In this document: one piece after another, positions 14,301 to 27,175 of the stretch
Numbering within the stretch: position 1 is the first letter of the stretch
Layout of the letters: each line of letters begins with the position of its first letter
Source: Leucoraja ocellata
Taxonomy: Eukaryota
Assembly: GCA_036785375.1 (NCBI GenBank)
Contig: JAWMAR010000030.1
Location: 5,704,001 to 5,768,000, forward strand
Direction: 5' to 3'
DNA: 64,000 nt
Program-made: the position numbers and the translations under genes
The notes under the pieces: generated by a model
What the model saw: the letters and a program-made list of their open reading frames with translations, nothing else
Database searches by the model: none
Told to the model about the DNA's origin: nothing

Positions 14301-17300
14301 GTTCTATTTATAACCCTTCTCCCATACTGGTCATTTATCTCATTGCTGTTTGTGGATGCATGCTGTGCACAAATTGCTTGCTGCTTCTCTTATATTATAA
14401 TATAGTATGCACTTCAAAAATGCTCCACTGGCTGAAGAACGTGAGGACATCATGAGGTCATGTAAAGCAGTACAGAGTTGCAAATTGTTCTCACTTCTCG
14501 GCAATTAAACAACGCTAACCCATATCCTATGGAAAAGTTCACCTTCATTTTAGCGGCTTTGTCCTTCCTTGCAACTTCAAAAGCCAAGCATTCCCATTGA
14601 ATTTCCCTTACTTATGTAATGCTGCTGCAGTTAAAATCTCTTGCAGAATCCTCTCTTATTTATCACATCAATGCTCCTGTTTCACTTTTCAAAACCAATT
14701 AAGAATTAACACCCCTCACTCCTTCCCCACCTTTCCTTAATTGCCACTTTTCTGAAACCCTGTCCTGAATGCATTCCAACAGAGTACCAATGGGTTCATA
14801 TTAATTACCTTAAATCATGTTTATGCCTAAATAAATCAATCTCATTGATGGTGCATCAGTGGGAAATCAAATTCTATTTATTTTTGTAAGAGCCAAGAGT
14901 AATCTTAAGAATCCTTTCTATAACATAGAACATATTTAGCTTTGTGAATCGTTTCTTTAAGTATACTGATCCTGTTTTAATTACAAAAAGAGTTGTACCG
15001 AACCATTTTTCCCAAAGGCAGTGCAATGCATGTCCATTAGTTTTAAAGCTTGCTTAAATTTTTTGCATTTGGAATCGATATTTTATAAGAAAGCATGTTG
15101 CTTACAACTGAATAGTCATAAGTAAATCTACTATTTTTAATCTATGAGGTACAGCAAACATGTAATTTAAGAATCAATGACATAATCAAGTGGTTTGCTA
15201 GTTTCTTAGAAAGCAAGCAAGGCAGGTGAAAATGTGAGAGAGAAATCTGAGCCATTATGCTATCCAAGTGTGGCAGGAAAGACTTCCTTTTCAAAAGTCT
15301 CACTTGTTGTGCTGATGCCTCACAGTAACCTGAACACTGCCTGGAAAACCCATTGCCAGAGTTTAATGAGATAAAGCTTGAAGCAACACTGCAACTGTGC
15401 AATATAGATATAAAATGATGGTAGTATCAAGAATTCAATACTGAAGTGAATTTTGTATCTCCTTTCAAGTCATATGATCTGAATCCATTTAGAAATAAAT
15501 GGGTTAGTGTCAGATTAAAATAGCAGATGCAATAGTATATGAGGAATCTATTTAGTGCATATCAGCAATCATTTCTTGATTATTTGATTAAACTCTATGC
15601 TGAATGACACCTTTCCAGTGGATAGAGACTTGGTTTCATTGACTTTTGATGCATAGTATTTGATATAATGGTTTGTAAAGGAAAATTTGCCAACTGAAGA
15701 AAGGGTTCAAAATCACTCCTTCACTGTTGAGTTTACTAGTTGAAGCAGTCATGTCCATGTGTACCATCTAGCTATCTTGGAGGATTGTATAAATCACAGC
15801 ACTATTATACTGTTCTATAACAATGTAGAACACTATTATAGTATTCACCAAGTTAAAGAATATGTGAAGCTGGGCAGACACAACGTCTTAAAACAATGTT
15901 AACATTCAATAATATCGCAGAGGACATCTCCAAGATTTGCCACTGGCGATAGTCTTGTTATTTGAGAAGACCTGACACGGCAAATGTGGCAGATGAACAA
16001 GATCAATAATCAGATAAATAAGATCAGTAAGATGATAAAGATGAAGGTGAGAAACAGAGTTAGTATTTCAGGTCAATGATCCTCTATCAGACGATCATCA
16101 ACCCAAAACATTAACTCTGTCTCTCTGTCCACACAGGCTTCCTGATCTGCTGACCATATCAGCAATTTTTTAATGTTCTTAATAAATTTTATTTTACATT
16201 TCTGGGACTAAGAACTGGAAGAGCTCCTATAATTAGTTGAATTGAATTTGGGTTGGTGAGGGGGTTGGGAGAGGGGAAAGGGAGGGTGCGGTGGGAGGGG
16301 GGTTGGGAAGGGAAAGGAGGGATGGTGTCGGGAGAGAAGGACGAAGAATAGAAAATTCTAGGAATCAAAATGCATGGAGGTTGATGTAATAAAGGTTACG
16401 ATGCAACATTTTCCAAGCCTGCACAATGTTGAGATGAATGTTGACATGTCTGATTGAAGAGATTATGTGTGTTTATTGCCATGTTTCCACCAAGGCTAGA
16501 AATATGTTATATAGCCATAAAAATCATCCAATAGCTGGCAAAACAGGAGCTGAGGTATTAGTTGAATCTAAACGGATACAGTGGTAATGTAATTAAATCC
16601 ATATTGGTGTTAATGTAATTTAATCTCCATTAAACAATCAGACTAGGTTAGTTGTGATTCTAGTGCTGAATTGATTGGTGGTATTTTCTAACTACTGCCA
16701 AGCAAGATGCACTTACAAGATTACATCTCAGTTTTACCTCGTTAAGGAAGATGAATTAATGTTTCAAATCGAAATGCTAAGATTTCAACAAAGGTATTCA
16801 GCCAATGATATGTATCCAAGTACAGCTAGGACTATCTCGAACAGCAAGCTAGATATTGTTAGCATAAACAATGTTTCCCGTCTCAATGAAGCATGTCGTC
16901 ATTTCCAAAGTATTACTTTAATGCAATCTCTGACAACCATTCGACAAATTTCAATTCAGTAAACACTTGATCAAGAAACTCCTCCAATATAATTTGATGT
17001 TGTTTAAATTACAAAAATATGTAGTTGTCAAGTGGCCACAGTTCCCAAGTTTGGATCTCAATTTCAATTCTCCAGTAGATCTGATTCTAGTTTCCTGCTT
17101 TTCCTTAAAGGCGCTTTCCATCAAGTTAAGGTATTTGTGAACAAATAGTGGGAAGGGAAGCAGATACAGAAAGTAATTTAAATAGGTGACATAGAATTAA
17201 AATTGGATAGAAACAAAAGAAGAAAAAGATATATAAATATTTTCTCTGTTTGTACTTATAGGGTGAAGATGGTTTACCTGTACAGGGCTGTTGGAATAAA

Positions 17301-18653
17301 GTAAGTAGCGTTAAACGTATTTGAGCATGTTTGTGTGCTGCACCTATAGTGTGTTTTCTAATCAGAATGAATAGTGATTCATCTTTGAATTGATTGGAAG
17401 TTACAAGTGTGTGCAGCATGATCATTTCTAAGCCTGTTCCTACTGTATTCGCTGGGAACTATAAACAAATGGCACAGGTTAAATCCATTATCATCAGCAA
17501 TTACTATATCATTGCTTTAGAAATTTGATTTTGGCAAGGATTCTTTCACTGTTACCATTTTCTTGTTAATCGTGAACAGGCTTTAACAGTGGCAATAATA
17601 TTATTACAGCTCATTTTCTTTCAATAGGGTCCTTTAGAAATGGCTCTCAATTAATCATGAATTTGTGATATAAAATTGCTTCTACTTAATACTGAGTTCA
17701 TACACTGTAATTCATATTGGACCCGGAATTACACAGCAGCATCTCTGAAAGATACAATAACCACAAAATGTACAACAAAAACAAGTTAAAAATGCAAATG
17801 GTTTATTTAACATCAGCTAATTGCACCATAAAGTTGTAGAAATGTAGGAATTGTAGAATTGTAGGAATATACCAGACCAAAATAAATGTACAGGCAACTT
17901 GTGCTTTGAACGGGAATTATCAGGTCATCTATTAAAACATGTAAATTATTAATGGCAATTATAAAGTGTTAATGTACCTCGCTCTTTGAAATGAAGCCAC
18001 CATTCACTAGCCTTATTCGCAAAAATTGAATTTTTCATATCCCACAAATTCATCATCTCAATCTAGAAATTCTTCTATACAATATAAACATGCAACGATG
18101 AACATATTATCAAATCATCATGGCAATGAAGGGGCTGTTTAGCCCATCAATTCCATGCTAGATCCCTGAAACAAAGACTGTTTAACCCCTTCCAGTAAAC
18201 TGCTCTGTTGTCATATTTGACATTTGACATTCATCCATTTATTGGTTATCATCTTGAAGCCCAACTAAAGTAATGAGCATTATATAGAGAATCGTAATGT
18301 GTGAACTCTCAAACTGAGCTCTTTAATAGGATAAATTCAAAACATTCTGTGTGACTTGTTTCAAGTAATTTTTGGAGAGGTGCTTATTTATTTGGTAAAC
18401 AGGGAGTCAATCAATATGGAGGGAGAAATATCAGGACTAAAAAGAAAGATTCACCCAAAAAAAAAAAATCTCATTCGATCAACTTCAATAACAAATAATT
18501 GAGGTTATAAATATGTAGTTGTCTCTAGATGGCTCAATGTCAAGAACTGTTTCACATCTCAAATACATTTCCCCTTTATTGACTTGTTCTGTGATGCCTT
18601 GGTTTGAAGTGCTGATGTTTAAACTAACCTACATTTGCTTTTCTTTGCAGTGA
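319..18653 (+). CDS. COL13A1: Collagen type XIII alpha 1 (MACIT), 3' part; gene begins upstream of the window
   Basis: Phase-0 Gly-X-Y exons with AG/GT ends at 319-381, 2915-2950, 5915-5950, 8710-8763, 10148-10183, 12603-12689, 13241-13318 and 17262-17300; stop at 18651-18653. The C-terminus [21 protein letters not shown] matches the collagen XIII NC4 domain as I recall it. Confidence 0.92.
957..1282 (+). mobile_element. tRNA-derived V-SINE (HE1-like), full length
   Basis: A box GGTGGCGCAGCGG, B box GGTTTGATCCC, V-domain ggtttcctcccaca, LINE-like tail ending in CTAAA repeats. Confidence 0.85.
1978..2128. mobile_element. Inverted pair of PLE terminal-repeat fragments
   Basis: gaaggaactgcagatgctgg...ctggagaaactcagc, then the reverse-complement arm ...gctgagtttctccagc. 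Confidence 0.75.
2357..2394. repeat. (GT)n microsatellite
   Basis: Visible GT run. Confidence 0.95.
2915..2950 (+). CDS. COL13A1: COL13A1 exon (36 nt) [12 protein letters not shown]
   Basis: ccag|GGT...CTG|gtgag; Gly-X-Y. Confidence 0.9.
5915..5950 (+). CDS. COL13A1: COL13A1 exon (36 nt) [12 protein letters not shown]
   Basis: gtag|GGT...AGG|gtaag; Gly-X-Y. Confidence 0.9.
6693..6815 (-). mobile_element. CR1/HER1 LINE 3' tail
   Basis: Reverse complement of the tail at 55870-55987. Confidence 0.75.
8710..8763 (+). CDS. COL13A1: COL13A1 exon (54 nt) [18 protein letters not shown]
   Basis: ttttag|GGC...CCT|gtaag; Gly-X-Y. Confidence 0.92.
10148..10183 (+). CDS. COL13A1: COL13A1 exon (36 nt) [12 protein letters not shown]
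   Basis: tttcag|GGT...CGG|gtaag; Gly-X-Y. Confidence 0.9.
10560..11386 (-). mobile_element. Old CR1/HER1 LINE ORF2 fragment, interrupted by a PLE derivative
   Basis: Antisense CR1 ORF2 similarity (e.g. tttgacaccccaaaatgcaacacctc, gtcatctgca). Confidence 0.7.
10749..10890. mobile_element. Foldback PLE terminal-repeat derivative with 14-bp TSD
   Basis: TTCTATACTCAATT at 10735-10748 and 10891-10904. Confidence 0.85.
11387..11469. repeat. Perfect inverted repeat, 41-bp arms with 1-nt spacer
   Basis: 11387-11427 is the exact reverse complement of 11429-11469. Confidence 0.97.
12603..12689 (+). CDS. COL13A1: COL13A1 COL3/NC4 junction exon, variant A (87 nt) [29 protein letters not shown]
   Basis: ttgcag|GGG...TTG|gtatg; within ORF 12597..12824. 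Confidence 0.93.
13241..13318 (+). CDS. COL13A1: COL13A1 COL3/NC4 junction exon, variant B (78 nt) [26 protein letters not shown]
   Basis: aaacag|GGA...TTG|gtatg; intact Gly-X-Y with the same GLDAPCPL end as variant A; within ORF 13133..13363. Confidence 0.85.
14325..14490 (+). mobile_element. Deu-domain SINE (AmnSINE1/SacSINE1-like) fragment
   Basis: tggtcatttatctcattgctgtttgtgg...tgctgtgcacaaattg...cacttcaaaa resembles the Deu-domain consensus as I recall it. Confidence 0.65.
17262..17300 (+). CDS. COL13A1: COL13A1 NC4 exon (39 nt) [13 protein letters not shown]
   Basis: ttatag|GGT...AAA|gtaagt. Confidence 0.95.
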
Positions 18654-18810
18654 TGATGGTCTAACCTCAGAATGGAGTGTGTACATAGAATATTTATTTT
18701 TATACAGTTTTTTGCAATTATAAATGTTACCTTTTTTAAAACTAATTCATATTTTAATAACACACTTTGTATAAATTGTATTAAATCCTGTGTTGTCTAC
18801 CATTGTCTTT
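18651..18810 (+). other. COL13A1: COL13A1 terminal exon: stop codon (TGATGA) and proximal 3' UTR
   Basis: Strong acceptor ttttctttgcag|TGA with a CTAAC branch point upstream. AU-rich UTR with TGTACATA (Pumilio-type) at 18680-18687 and ATTAAA at 18780-18785 followed by GT-rich sequence. End position inferred. Confidence 0.75.
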
Positions 18811-20504
18811 GTACCTGTGTATTCATCTGCTAATTTTGAGACATAATACTGCAGTTATTATTTGCATGATATTCGTGCATAATATAAGGAGCCACAGCTG
18901 CATTGTAATTTATTGTATTATATGAAGTGGGCTGCCCTTAACTGCAGACCTGGTTATTTGAAGCCATTGCCCCAAGCCACCAATTGCAAACTGTATGTAT
19001 TCCTGCCAGGGATTTATTTGTGTCTAAAAACAAAGTACTGGAGGAACTCCGCAGGTCAGGCAGCATCTTTCGAGGGAATCTGCAGACCAGAATCTTTCTT
19101 CAGAGTCCTTCATGCTGAAGAAAGATCCTAACCTGAAACATTGTCTGTCTAATTACTTCCACAGATCCTGTCTCACACTCCGAGTTCCTCCGGCATTTTG
19201 TTTATTGTTCGATTCCAGCATCTGCAGTTTCTTGTGCCTCCATTTATTTGTGTTTTTTCTGCTGATATATCACAATGTGTGTTAACCCCAATATAAGCTA
19301 AACAATTCAATTAAATTACTTCAGCAGAGGCAGCTGATAATAAAAATTGAGAAGGGAGGGATGCGTTCCTTTTTTTATTTTTGTAGGTGAATCTGTATCA
19401 AATAATTATATGTCCTAACCAGGGCGAACAATATTAAGGAATGCTAAACTGTTGTCTCAGCATTTCAAGCCAGCCATGGTTAATGTTTACATGCTGTGTT
19501 AAGCTTCAGCTCCTAGAAAAACACTTAAGTGTTATTACAGTTCTTGACTGATAGCAACTCTTATTAATGGTTGTATGGTGACGAATAAACTGATTGTGAT
19601 AACAGCTGAAAGTACAGCCTTTTTTTGCTGAAGTTGACTTTATGATTGGGAATAGCAGAAGGCACAAATAAAGATGTCATTTGACATGGCCCACAAGAAT
19701 AAGGCTTGCTGTTTGTTTTCAACTAATTGCATGATCCAGAGGAATTTCCTTAACCATGTGTACAAGCTTTTAGATACTCTAAAGTTTGGAAGACATATGT
19801 ATATACTGTTACAAGATGATGCCGTACATCTGCTATCCGCTTTACTACCGGTAAAACAAATTCAGTCTTGAGCAATTTCTAGTCCACAGAGACACAGCTA
19901 TCAAATGTGTTTTGCATCAATTTTCTGAGAATCACAAAGCAACAATTCACAAAAATAGAGAGCATTTGTTGTTTTTTTTCCTGTCCTGGATCTTTGATAG
20001 AAATGTTTCAATTAAATCTACCCTCATCCCGCTCTTTTCCCATACCCCAACAGATCTTTTTCAATCAATAATCCAATTCCCTTATTGAATCAACTTCCAC
20101 TGGCATTGGGAATTCCAGTGGAACAACTATCTGATGTAGAAATAATGTTGTCACTCCTTCACTGCCACTTCATCAATACCCAGAAACGCACTTCCTAAAA
20201 ACGTTGACAACACATTCGCCATGCAAACTGCAGCAGTTCAAAAAGCTGCTGCCATAACATTCATAATCGTGGCAGTTTTTCAATAGGCATACTTCACCTT
20301 TCATATGCTGGCTGTATCTGACCATCTAAAGATCTCCAGAGACATGCAGTACATTGCTTGTTGAATTGAGGGAACTGTGGAAAATCATTGTCAGGGAATC
20401 TTCAATGTTCTCACCTACTTCCTTTACTCCCTGGAGGGAAGCCATCTGATCCTAAGATGAAGGGCTAAGATGTGATTGTAGATTGTAGCAGTACTAATGC
20501 TACA

Positions 20505-20830
20505 GAGAGGTACAGCACAGAAACAAGTTATTCAGCCCATCAAGTCCATGCCAACCATTCACCATCCATTTACCCTAAACCTACATCAATCCCATTTTCC
20601 GTACCATCCTCAACAGCTTTCCCCAGATTTTGTCACTCACCTACACACTAGGGACATTTTTTAGTGGCCAATTAACTTACCAATGTGCACATCTTTGAGA
20701 TGTGGGAGGAACTTAGAGCCCAAATTGGCATAAGGAGAATATTTAAACTCCACACAGACAACAACCAAGGTCAGAATTGAAGCCAGATCTCTGTCACTTC
20801 ACTGTGAGGCAGCAGCACTATCAGCTGCAC
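20505..20830 (-). mobile_element. Old V-SINE (HE1-like)
   Basis: Diverged reverse complement of 957-1282 (ctacacactagggaca, tgtgggagga, aaactccacacagac). Confidence 0.7.
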
Positions 20831-23800
20831 GTAAACACCAGGATCCATACATTTGTTTATTAACTAATGTCCCACAGACAAGCAAATCAGCCAACAGACT
20901 GGTGAAATGTTAAACCTTTTTTTTTTAAACACGTGCGCAACCAGTTAGAAAACCCTAGTCTCTAATCTGAACACAGTGAGGTACATGTATGTTTCTACTC
21001 CTGAAACTACAGGAGGAATCAGTGGACTTTGCTCGTGACTGGCGCTTGAAGTGACAAATTCTGAACGATGTATTTACCTACTACCAGGGTCAAACTCCGT
21101 GGCTAAATGTTAAAAAGTAATGAATTTGGCCAAAGCTGGAATGATTTGAAAAGGGCTACAGAGCGACGTTCCACGACTCCTTGTCGAAAACAAAAGAGCT
21201 TGACACAAAAATAATGGAGGAACACATGCTGGAAGTTACAGAGTTACAGAATGGGACATCAGCTGCGTAGTGGTCATTTGTGTACCGTAGTCGCTGAAAT
21301 CTGTGGCTGAGCCACCTTCTACCTTGTACATCAGGCGGGATGTGAAAAAGCAACAAAATATCCATGTGCATTTTGACTGTGAGACTCGAAGGTCTGTTTT
21401 ACGGAACCAGATCTTTTGCACAGGAATGGTCTGCTGAGCAGTTTCTTTTGATAAACATATATATTTTTGGTAGACCTTTAACTAGAAGGTCACAGTCACT
21501 GTGGATTTATTTTTTCTCTTTCTACTGAAAAAGGAAGAGATAACTACACTGCCAAGTATGAAAATGATTCCTTTTAACAGATGTGCTTTTGAGAACTGAC
21601 CAGAACTGCTGGCAGTTTCATCTTTTATTATGGTGATATTTCAATGACTTAGTATAGTTCATTTAAATAAGTAATTGGTATCATCTCCTTTCTTTGAATC
21701 AAAACTTGTTTTGTTACTTTTCCTGCATTTGTGAATGATTTTTTTTATTATGGAGGGAGGGTGTTACTTCCCATTCACCCAGAGGATCCATGATCCATTT
21801 CTCAGACAACTGCATTTAGATTTTTAAAACTTATTTTTTCTAACTTTACATGCAAAGAGCTTGTAAAGTTAGAGCTCTGTCAACCACACACAAACTAGAC
21901 CAGTGCAACAAATGGCTAAATCCCTATGTTTAGGCTTTAAGATGCTTTAATTATGCTTCTCATGCCGATTTAGTGTTGGAAGCCATCAGTTTAAGTGAAG
22001 TGCAATTGGTCTGCAGAGCAATAATTTCAATTTTTACGGCCTATTAAAATCATACTTTGAAACCAAATGCATGCTTGACAACATTGTTACTTTTAAACAA
22101 TTGAGATCCATATGACACCGGCCTTTTTAATATGGCCACATGAATCATCCATTCATTCCTATCCAAGCAATCCTTTTAGTTTTTGTAAGCCATAGTGTTA
22201 TTGAGGATAATGAGATTCCATTTTGCTGTAATTCTTGATGCAGAGCGGAAGGAGGCCATTCAACTGATAATGCACGTGCCAGCTCATTAGCAGAGCTAAT
22301 CAGTCTAGCTTCTATCAAACCAATGCCTTCGCAACTGGTGCTATTGTCTGAACATACTTTTCCACTGCTTTGGTTCCAGCCAATTGCTTGGTTAAATTTA
22401 CACTTGGTTAAATAAACTTACTGCACATGCACAGGAGGGGATAAAAAAAACTTTTGAAGAGTTGTAAAAATTACTTTTAAGTTTTTCTAATGAATGAATC
22501 TTAGCAAAAAATATGTTCTGACTTCTGAAAATGTAACTTTTTTTTGATCCGAAACATTTTCTAATCCTTGCATTCTGTAAAAAGTTTGCAATCTTGTCAC
22601 TTTTTTTTGTCAGCTTCTGTTTTACTCCAAGTATCTTTGCTACAGGAGTTATTTGCTACAGTCATTACAAAGCTACAGAAGCGATATGTACTATTGTATT
22701 CATTTTTAATGGTCAGTTTTAATGCAACATTCAATTTTGCATTCATATTGCATAAGTTATTTTGATGCCTTTGAATCAACTTGTTGAAGTGTATGCATTA
22801 GCAATCACAAAAATCCATTTACAAACTTTTTATATCAGGATTTGTTTTTGTAGCATAAGATGTATGATACTATAAAAAAAATACTTGTAAATTAACTTGT
22901 ATTATATTTTTTGAGTTTATTACATTGAAGGAGATCAGTAAATATGACTCCAATTTCCAGTTTTTTTTTGTTGAAGCGCTAGACATCTGTTTACTGACAG
23001 GGTCTATTTGCAGGCTGTTCACACGTACTAATTGCATGCAGAAACTTTGATTGTATAAACATCTACTTTTTAAGAAATATATTTTTCAAAAAAAAATCAA
23101 ATGGATATTGTACTTTACCTGTGCATTTAGTGCAGTTAACTTTCCCACTGTATGTGGGATTCTGCTCTGAAAACATCATTTATTTTACCCGGTGAAATTG
23201 TAAAGGGTTTGAATAATATGTGGTTTCTGACAACATTTGGCTTATCATTTTTGTCTGTTATATCTGCTGTACAGAACATAAAACTTTTAAAATGAAATTC
23301 CACCCCGTTGTTTCTTTATTAATCATGGTCAATAGAGAAAGAGCAGGTGAACTCTGTTGATGCCCAGGGTCTGAAGAAGGGACCCTACCCAAAACGTCAT
23401 CTGTCTATTTCATCCATAGATGCTGCCTGGCCCGCTGAGTTCCTCCAGAAGTTTGTGTTTTGCAAATAGAGGAACATGTTAAGTGAAGTATGGCAAAGGA
23501 CCTAAAAACTTTCTCCAATCTTGGGGGAAATCATATCTACTCCTCCACCTTCCATATAAAACACAAGGTTGAGTTACAATGCCACTGCAATGGACAACTA
23601 ACTGAGAAGCAATGTATTCTAAGCCTAGTTTCTGACTACTGTTGACACCCATGAATCATGAGAATCATGAGAATAAAATCATGAGAGGAATAGATCGGGT
23701 AGATGCACAGTCTCTTGCCTAGAGAAGATGAACCAAGGACCAGAGGACATAGGTGTAAGGTGAAGGGGAAAAGGGTTAACGTTCAATTTGCTGCCCCCTC

Positions 23801-23879
23801 TTCTTATGCCTTTTTGAGCAAGGCTATGTTATCTAAAACCTAGGTTAGCTAAGCTAACCCCGCAGCAAACAACACTGTT

Positions 23880-24446
23880 CTGAAGATAGATACAAAATGC
23901 TGGAGTGACTCAGTGGGACAGGCAGCATCTCTGGAGAGAAGGAATGGGTAACGAACGTATCAGGTTGAGATCCTTCTTCAGACTGATCCATCGCAGCAAG
24001 TGTGGAGCACAGGGCACGGAAGAAGAACTATTGCGAAAAGTGGCAGATCGACTGTCGGTACCAGTAATCGGGTTGTGTCCGAACTGCGAGGTCTGGAACC
24101 GGAGTTGGAATCCCCGAGCTAGAAGATGGAGACGCAGGCAAGCATTGAGAAAACAAACATGGTTGTGGTAGTGAATCTGGGTTAATATGTGGTCGTAGAG
24201 TCGGCGATCAGGAGGAATCACAGAGGGAGAGTGGATGTTGCTGAACTCTCGTCGGAGAGAGGAGAAGAACTTCTTCAAAGAAGAAATACCTTGAGGAGAT
24301 TTACCAGTGGAGCAGACAAAATATGTAAGAAGGAACCGTTTAAACCGAAGAGAGACACTAAATGCTGGAGTAACTCAGTGGGACAAGCAGCATCTCTGGA
24401 GAGAAGGAATGGGTGACTTTTGGGTTGAGACCCTTCTTCAGACTGA
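23880..24446 (-). mobile_element. PLE fragment: terminal repeat, ORF 5' end, second terminal repeat in tandem
   Basis: Two same-orientation repeat copies (23880-23987, 24325-24446) flank ORF-like KKFFSSLRREF...HVCFLNACLRLHLLARGFQLRF. The same repeat-to-ORF junction recurs at 35240-35352. Confidence 0.7.
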
Positions 24447-26574
24447 ATTCCACCTAATTCTATAATTTATACTGTACTTTAGTCATTGAGGATTTATGAT
24501 ATAATTTTAGGTGGAATACAAAAAATCACCAGAAAAATCTAGTGTTACATGGACTGCAAGACATTGCAGTTGCTGCAATCTTGAGCAAAGGTGCTTCAGG
24601 AATTCAGCATTGCATAGTCATAGTTATACATCGTGGATGGAGGCTCTTCGACCAAGCCTACCCACGCCGACCAACATGTCCCATCTACATTATCCCACCT
24701 GCCTACGTTTGTCCTGCATCCTCTAAACCTGGCCGGTCCATGTTCCTGTCCATCTGTGGAGGGGCTGGACAGGTGACAATTGGGGTCTTAATCCTTCTTC
24801 AGACTCATTGTCCTTTCAGTCTGCAGAAGGGTTTGGACCCGAAATGTTGCCTGACCATTTCCTCCCCAGATGCAGCCTGATCCACTGACTTCTTCCAGAA
24901 GTTTGCATTACGTTATTTGGACGAGAGGTTTCTACAGATATTGTGCCTGCTTCAGAACAGTTTTAATTATTTTGGTGAAATGACGTACCCTGCTAATAAT
25001 TCCAATGTGGGAATGGGATGGGCCGCTGCTGATGTCCACTTCACGATCACCTCACAGAGCGTCTCTTATCAGTAAATCTAAATAATTCACGCAAGCAAAT
25101 GTTAGATGCAACCTCTATTCACAAATCATCTGTCTCATCATCCCTTAGTCTTTGCCTCGAAAGGAGGAAGGAAGCTGTAGACTTTTCAGAAAGAATTAAG
25201 ATAAATGCAATTAGAGGGCTGATGCTCCCAGACTTCAAAGTGGATGGAACATGCAGAACTCATGGAAATTTAGTGTGAGCTGAACTATCATATCAACTCC
25301 ATGCTCAATATTTCACCTTTCCTTTAGTCAATAGAATGTGGACTGCGGTTTGTCTTTGGAAGGCGGATCCCCTGCTGTGATTCTCCCTATATCTTCAAAG
25401 AGTGAACATTGAAAAGCCCTAGATGTACTTTCCTGGAGTTGAAGCATTGAAGTTAACAGATGCCAGTACAGACCAAAGATTAGGTTTAGGTTATTCATTG
25501 TCAAGTGTACCAAGGTACAGTGGATAACTTTGTTTTGCACGCTGCCCAAACAGATCAGATATACCATACATATATACATTCAAGTTAAATTCATGTAAAA
25601 TAGGTGAGGCAAAGGGGAAGACACAAAGTGCAGAATACTGTTCTCAGCATTAGGGCGCATCTGTTCCATAGACCAAGTCTTCAATAGGATTGGAGATGAA
25701 TCGGACAGCAACCTGGCTTATGGAAAGCCTACTTACTGGCAGGTCAATTGGTCATTGTAAATTATCCCTAGTACATAGCTGAGTGGTCAAAATCTAGAGT
25801 AACTACCAGGAAATTGGGGAATTAAAAATAGAATTAGTGTGGATGCTGGAATGCTGAGGAAAAATAATGTGTTGGAGTAGCTCGGCGGGTCTGGCAGCAT
25901 CTGTGGAGGGCGACATTTTGGATGGGGACCATTTTTCCGTCTTATTCATTGGAAATGCAATTGTGAAAGGTAAATGGGGCACATGTTTGTTGAACCCTGG
26001 AGCAGCCATGGTATTAAAAGTATAATTTCCATCAAGGTCACAATTGCAATTATCGTCAGAACCAAAGAACTTGGACCACAGCTGGAGTGTGTGGCCTTTG
26101 GAGGTGACTCCACCACTTTTGTACATTAACCTGGTTACCTTGACTATTTCCCCATCCATATCTGTTTCCTTGCTCCTTGATGCACTCACGTATGTATTCA
26201 AAATGAACTGCAGATGCTGGTTATACCAAAGATGGACACAAAATGCTGGAGTAACTCAGCGGGTCAGGCAACATCTCTGGAGAAAATGGATAGGTGATGT
26301 TTTGAATTGAGACCCTTCTTCAGACTCAGGCACTCATTCATGGTTTGATTATATTCCTGTACGGTATAATTTGGTTGGAGAGCATTGCTAAACAAAGTTT
26401 TTCACTGTATCTCAGGGCACGTGACAATAATAAGCCAATATATTATCAGTTTCCAAAACCAATTGATCCCAGTGTTAAATAAAGTTAACAGCTGAGCACC
26501 AAAGGTGCCTGCTCTCGCGAGCCCTTCCCTTGCTGACTGTGAAGTTGACCCTGGAATTCAGGTGATTGGCCAAG

Positions 26575-27175
26575 TTTAATGCCAGAGGTATTTTTGAGAA
26601 TGATTGGGGTAACATATGATGAGCGTTTGATGGCCCCGGGCCTTAGAAAATTGAGGGGGGACCTCATTGAAACTTACCGAATAGTGAAAGGCCTGGATAG
26701 AGTGGATGTGGAGAGGATGTTCCCACTAGTGGGAGAACCTAGCACCAGAGCCCAAAGCCTTTGAATAAAAGGACGTACCTTTAGAATGTAGATGAGGAGA
26801 CATTTCTGTAGTCAGAGGGTGGTGAATCTGCGGAATTCATTGACATATTCGGCTGTGGAGCTTTTAAAAATAGCGGAGTCAGGGGATATGGGGAGAAGGC
26901 AGGAACGGGGTACTGTTTGCGGATGATCAGCCATGATCACATTGAATGGCAGTGCTGGCTCGAAGGGCCGAATGACCTACTCCTGCACCTATTGTCTAAA
27001 AATCACTGGATATTTTTAAGGTGGAGATCAACAGAATCTTGATTGGGGTGCCAGGGGCTATGGGGAGAAGGCGGGATAATGGGGTTAAGAGGGGAAGTTA
27101 GATCAGCCATGATTGAATGGTGGAGTAGACTTGATGGGCCGAATGGACTAATTCTGCTCCTTTAACTTATGAACA
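26575..27175 (+). mobile_element. CR1/HER1 LINE 3' fragments (two tails)
   Basis: ORF 26579..26764 [25 protein letters not shown]; tail gggccgaatg.cctactcctgc. Confidence 0.85.

Noticed and set aside
319-17300. COL23A1 or COL25A1 identity
   Set aside because: The terminal [13 protein letters not shown] matches collagen XIII as I recall it; only the alternative exon B is XXV-like.
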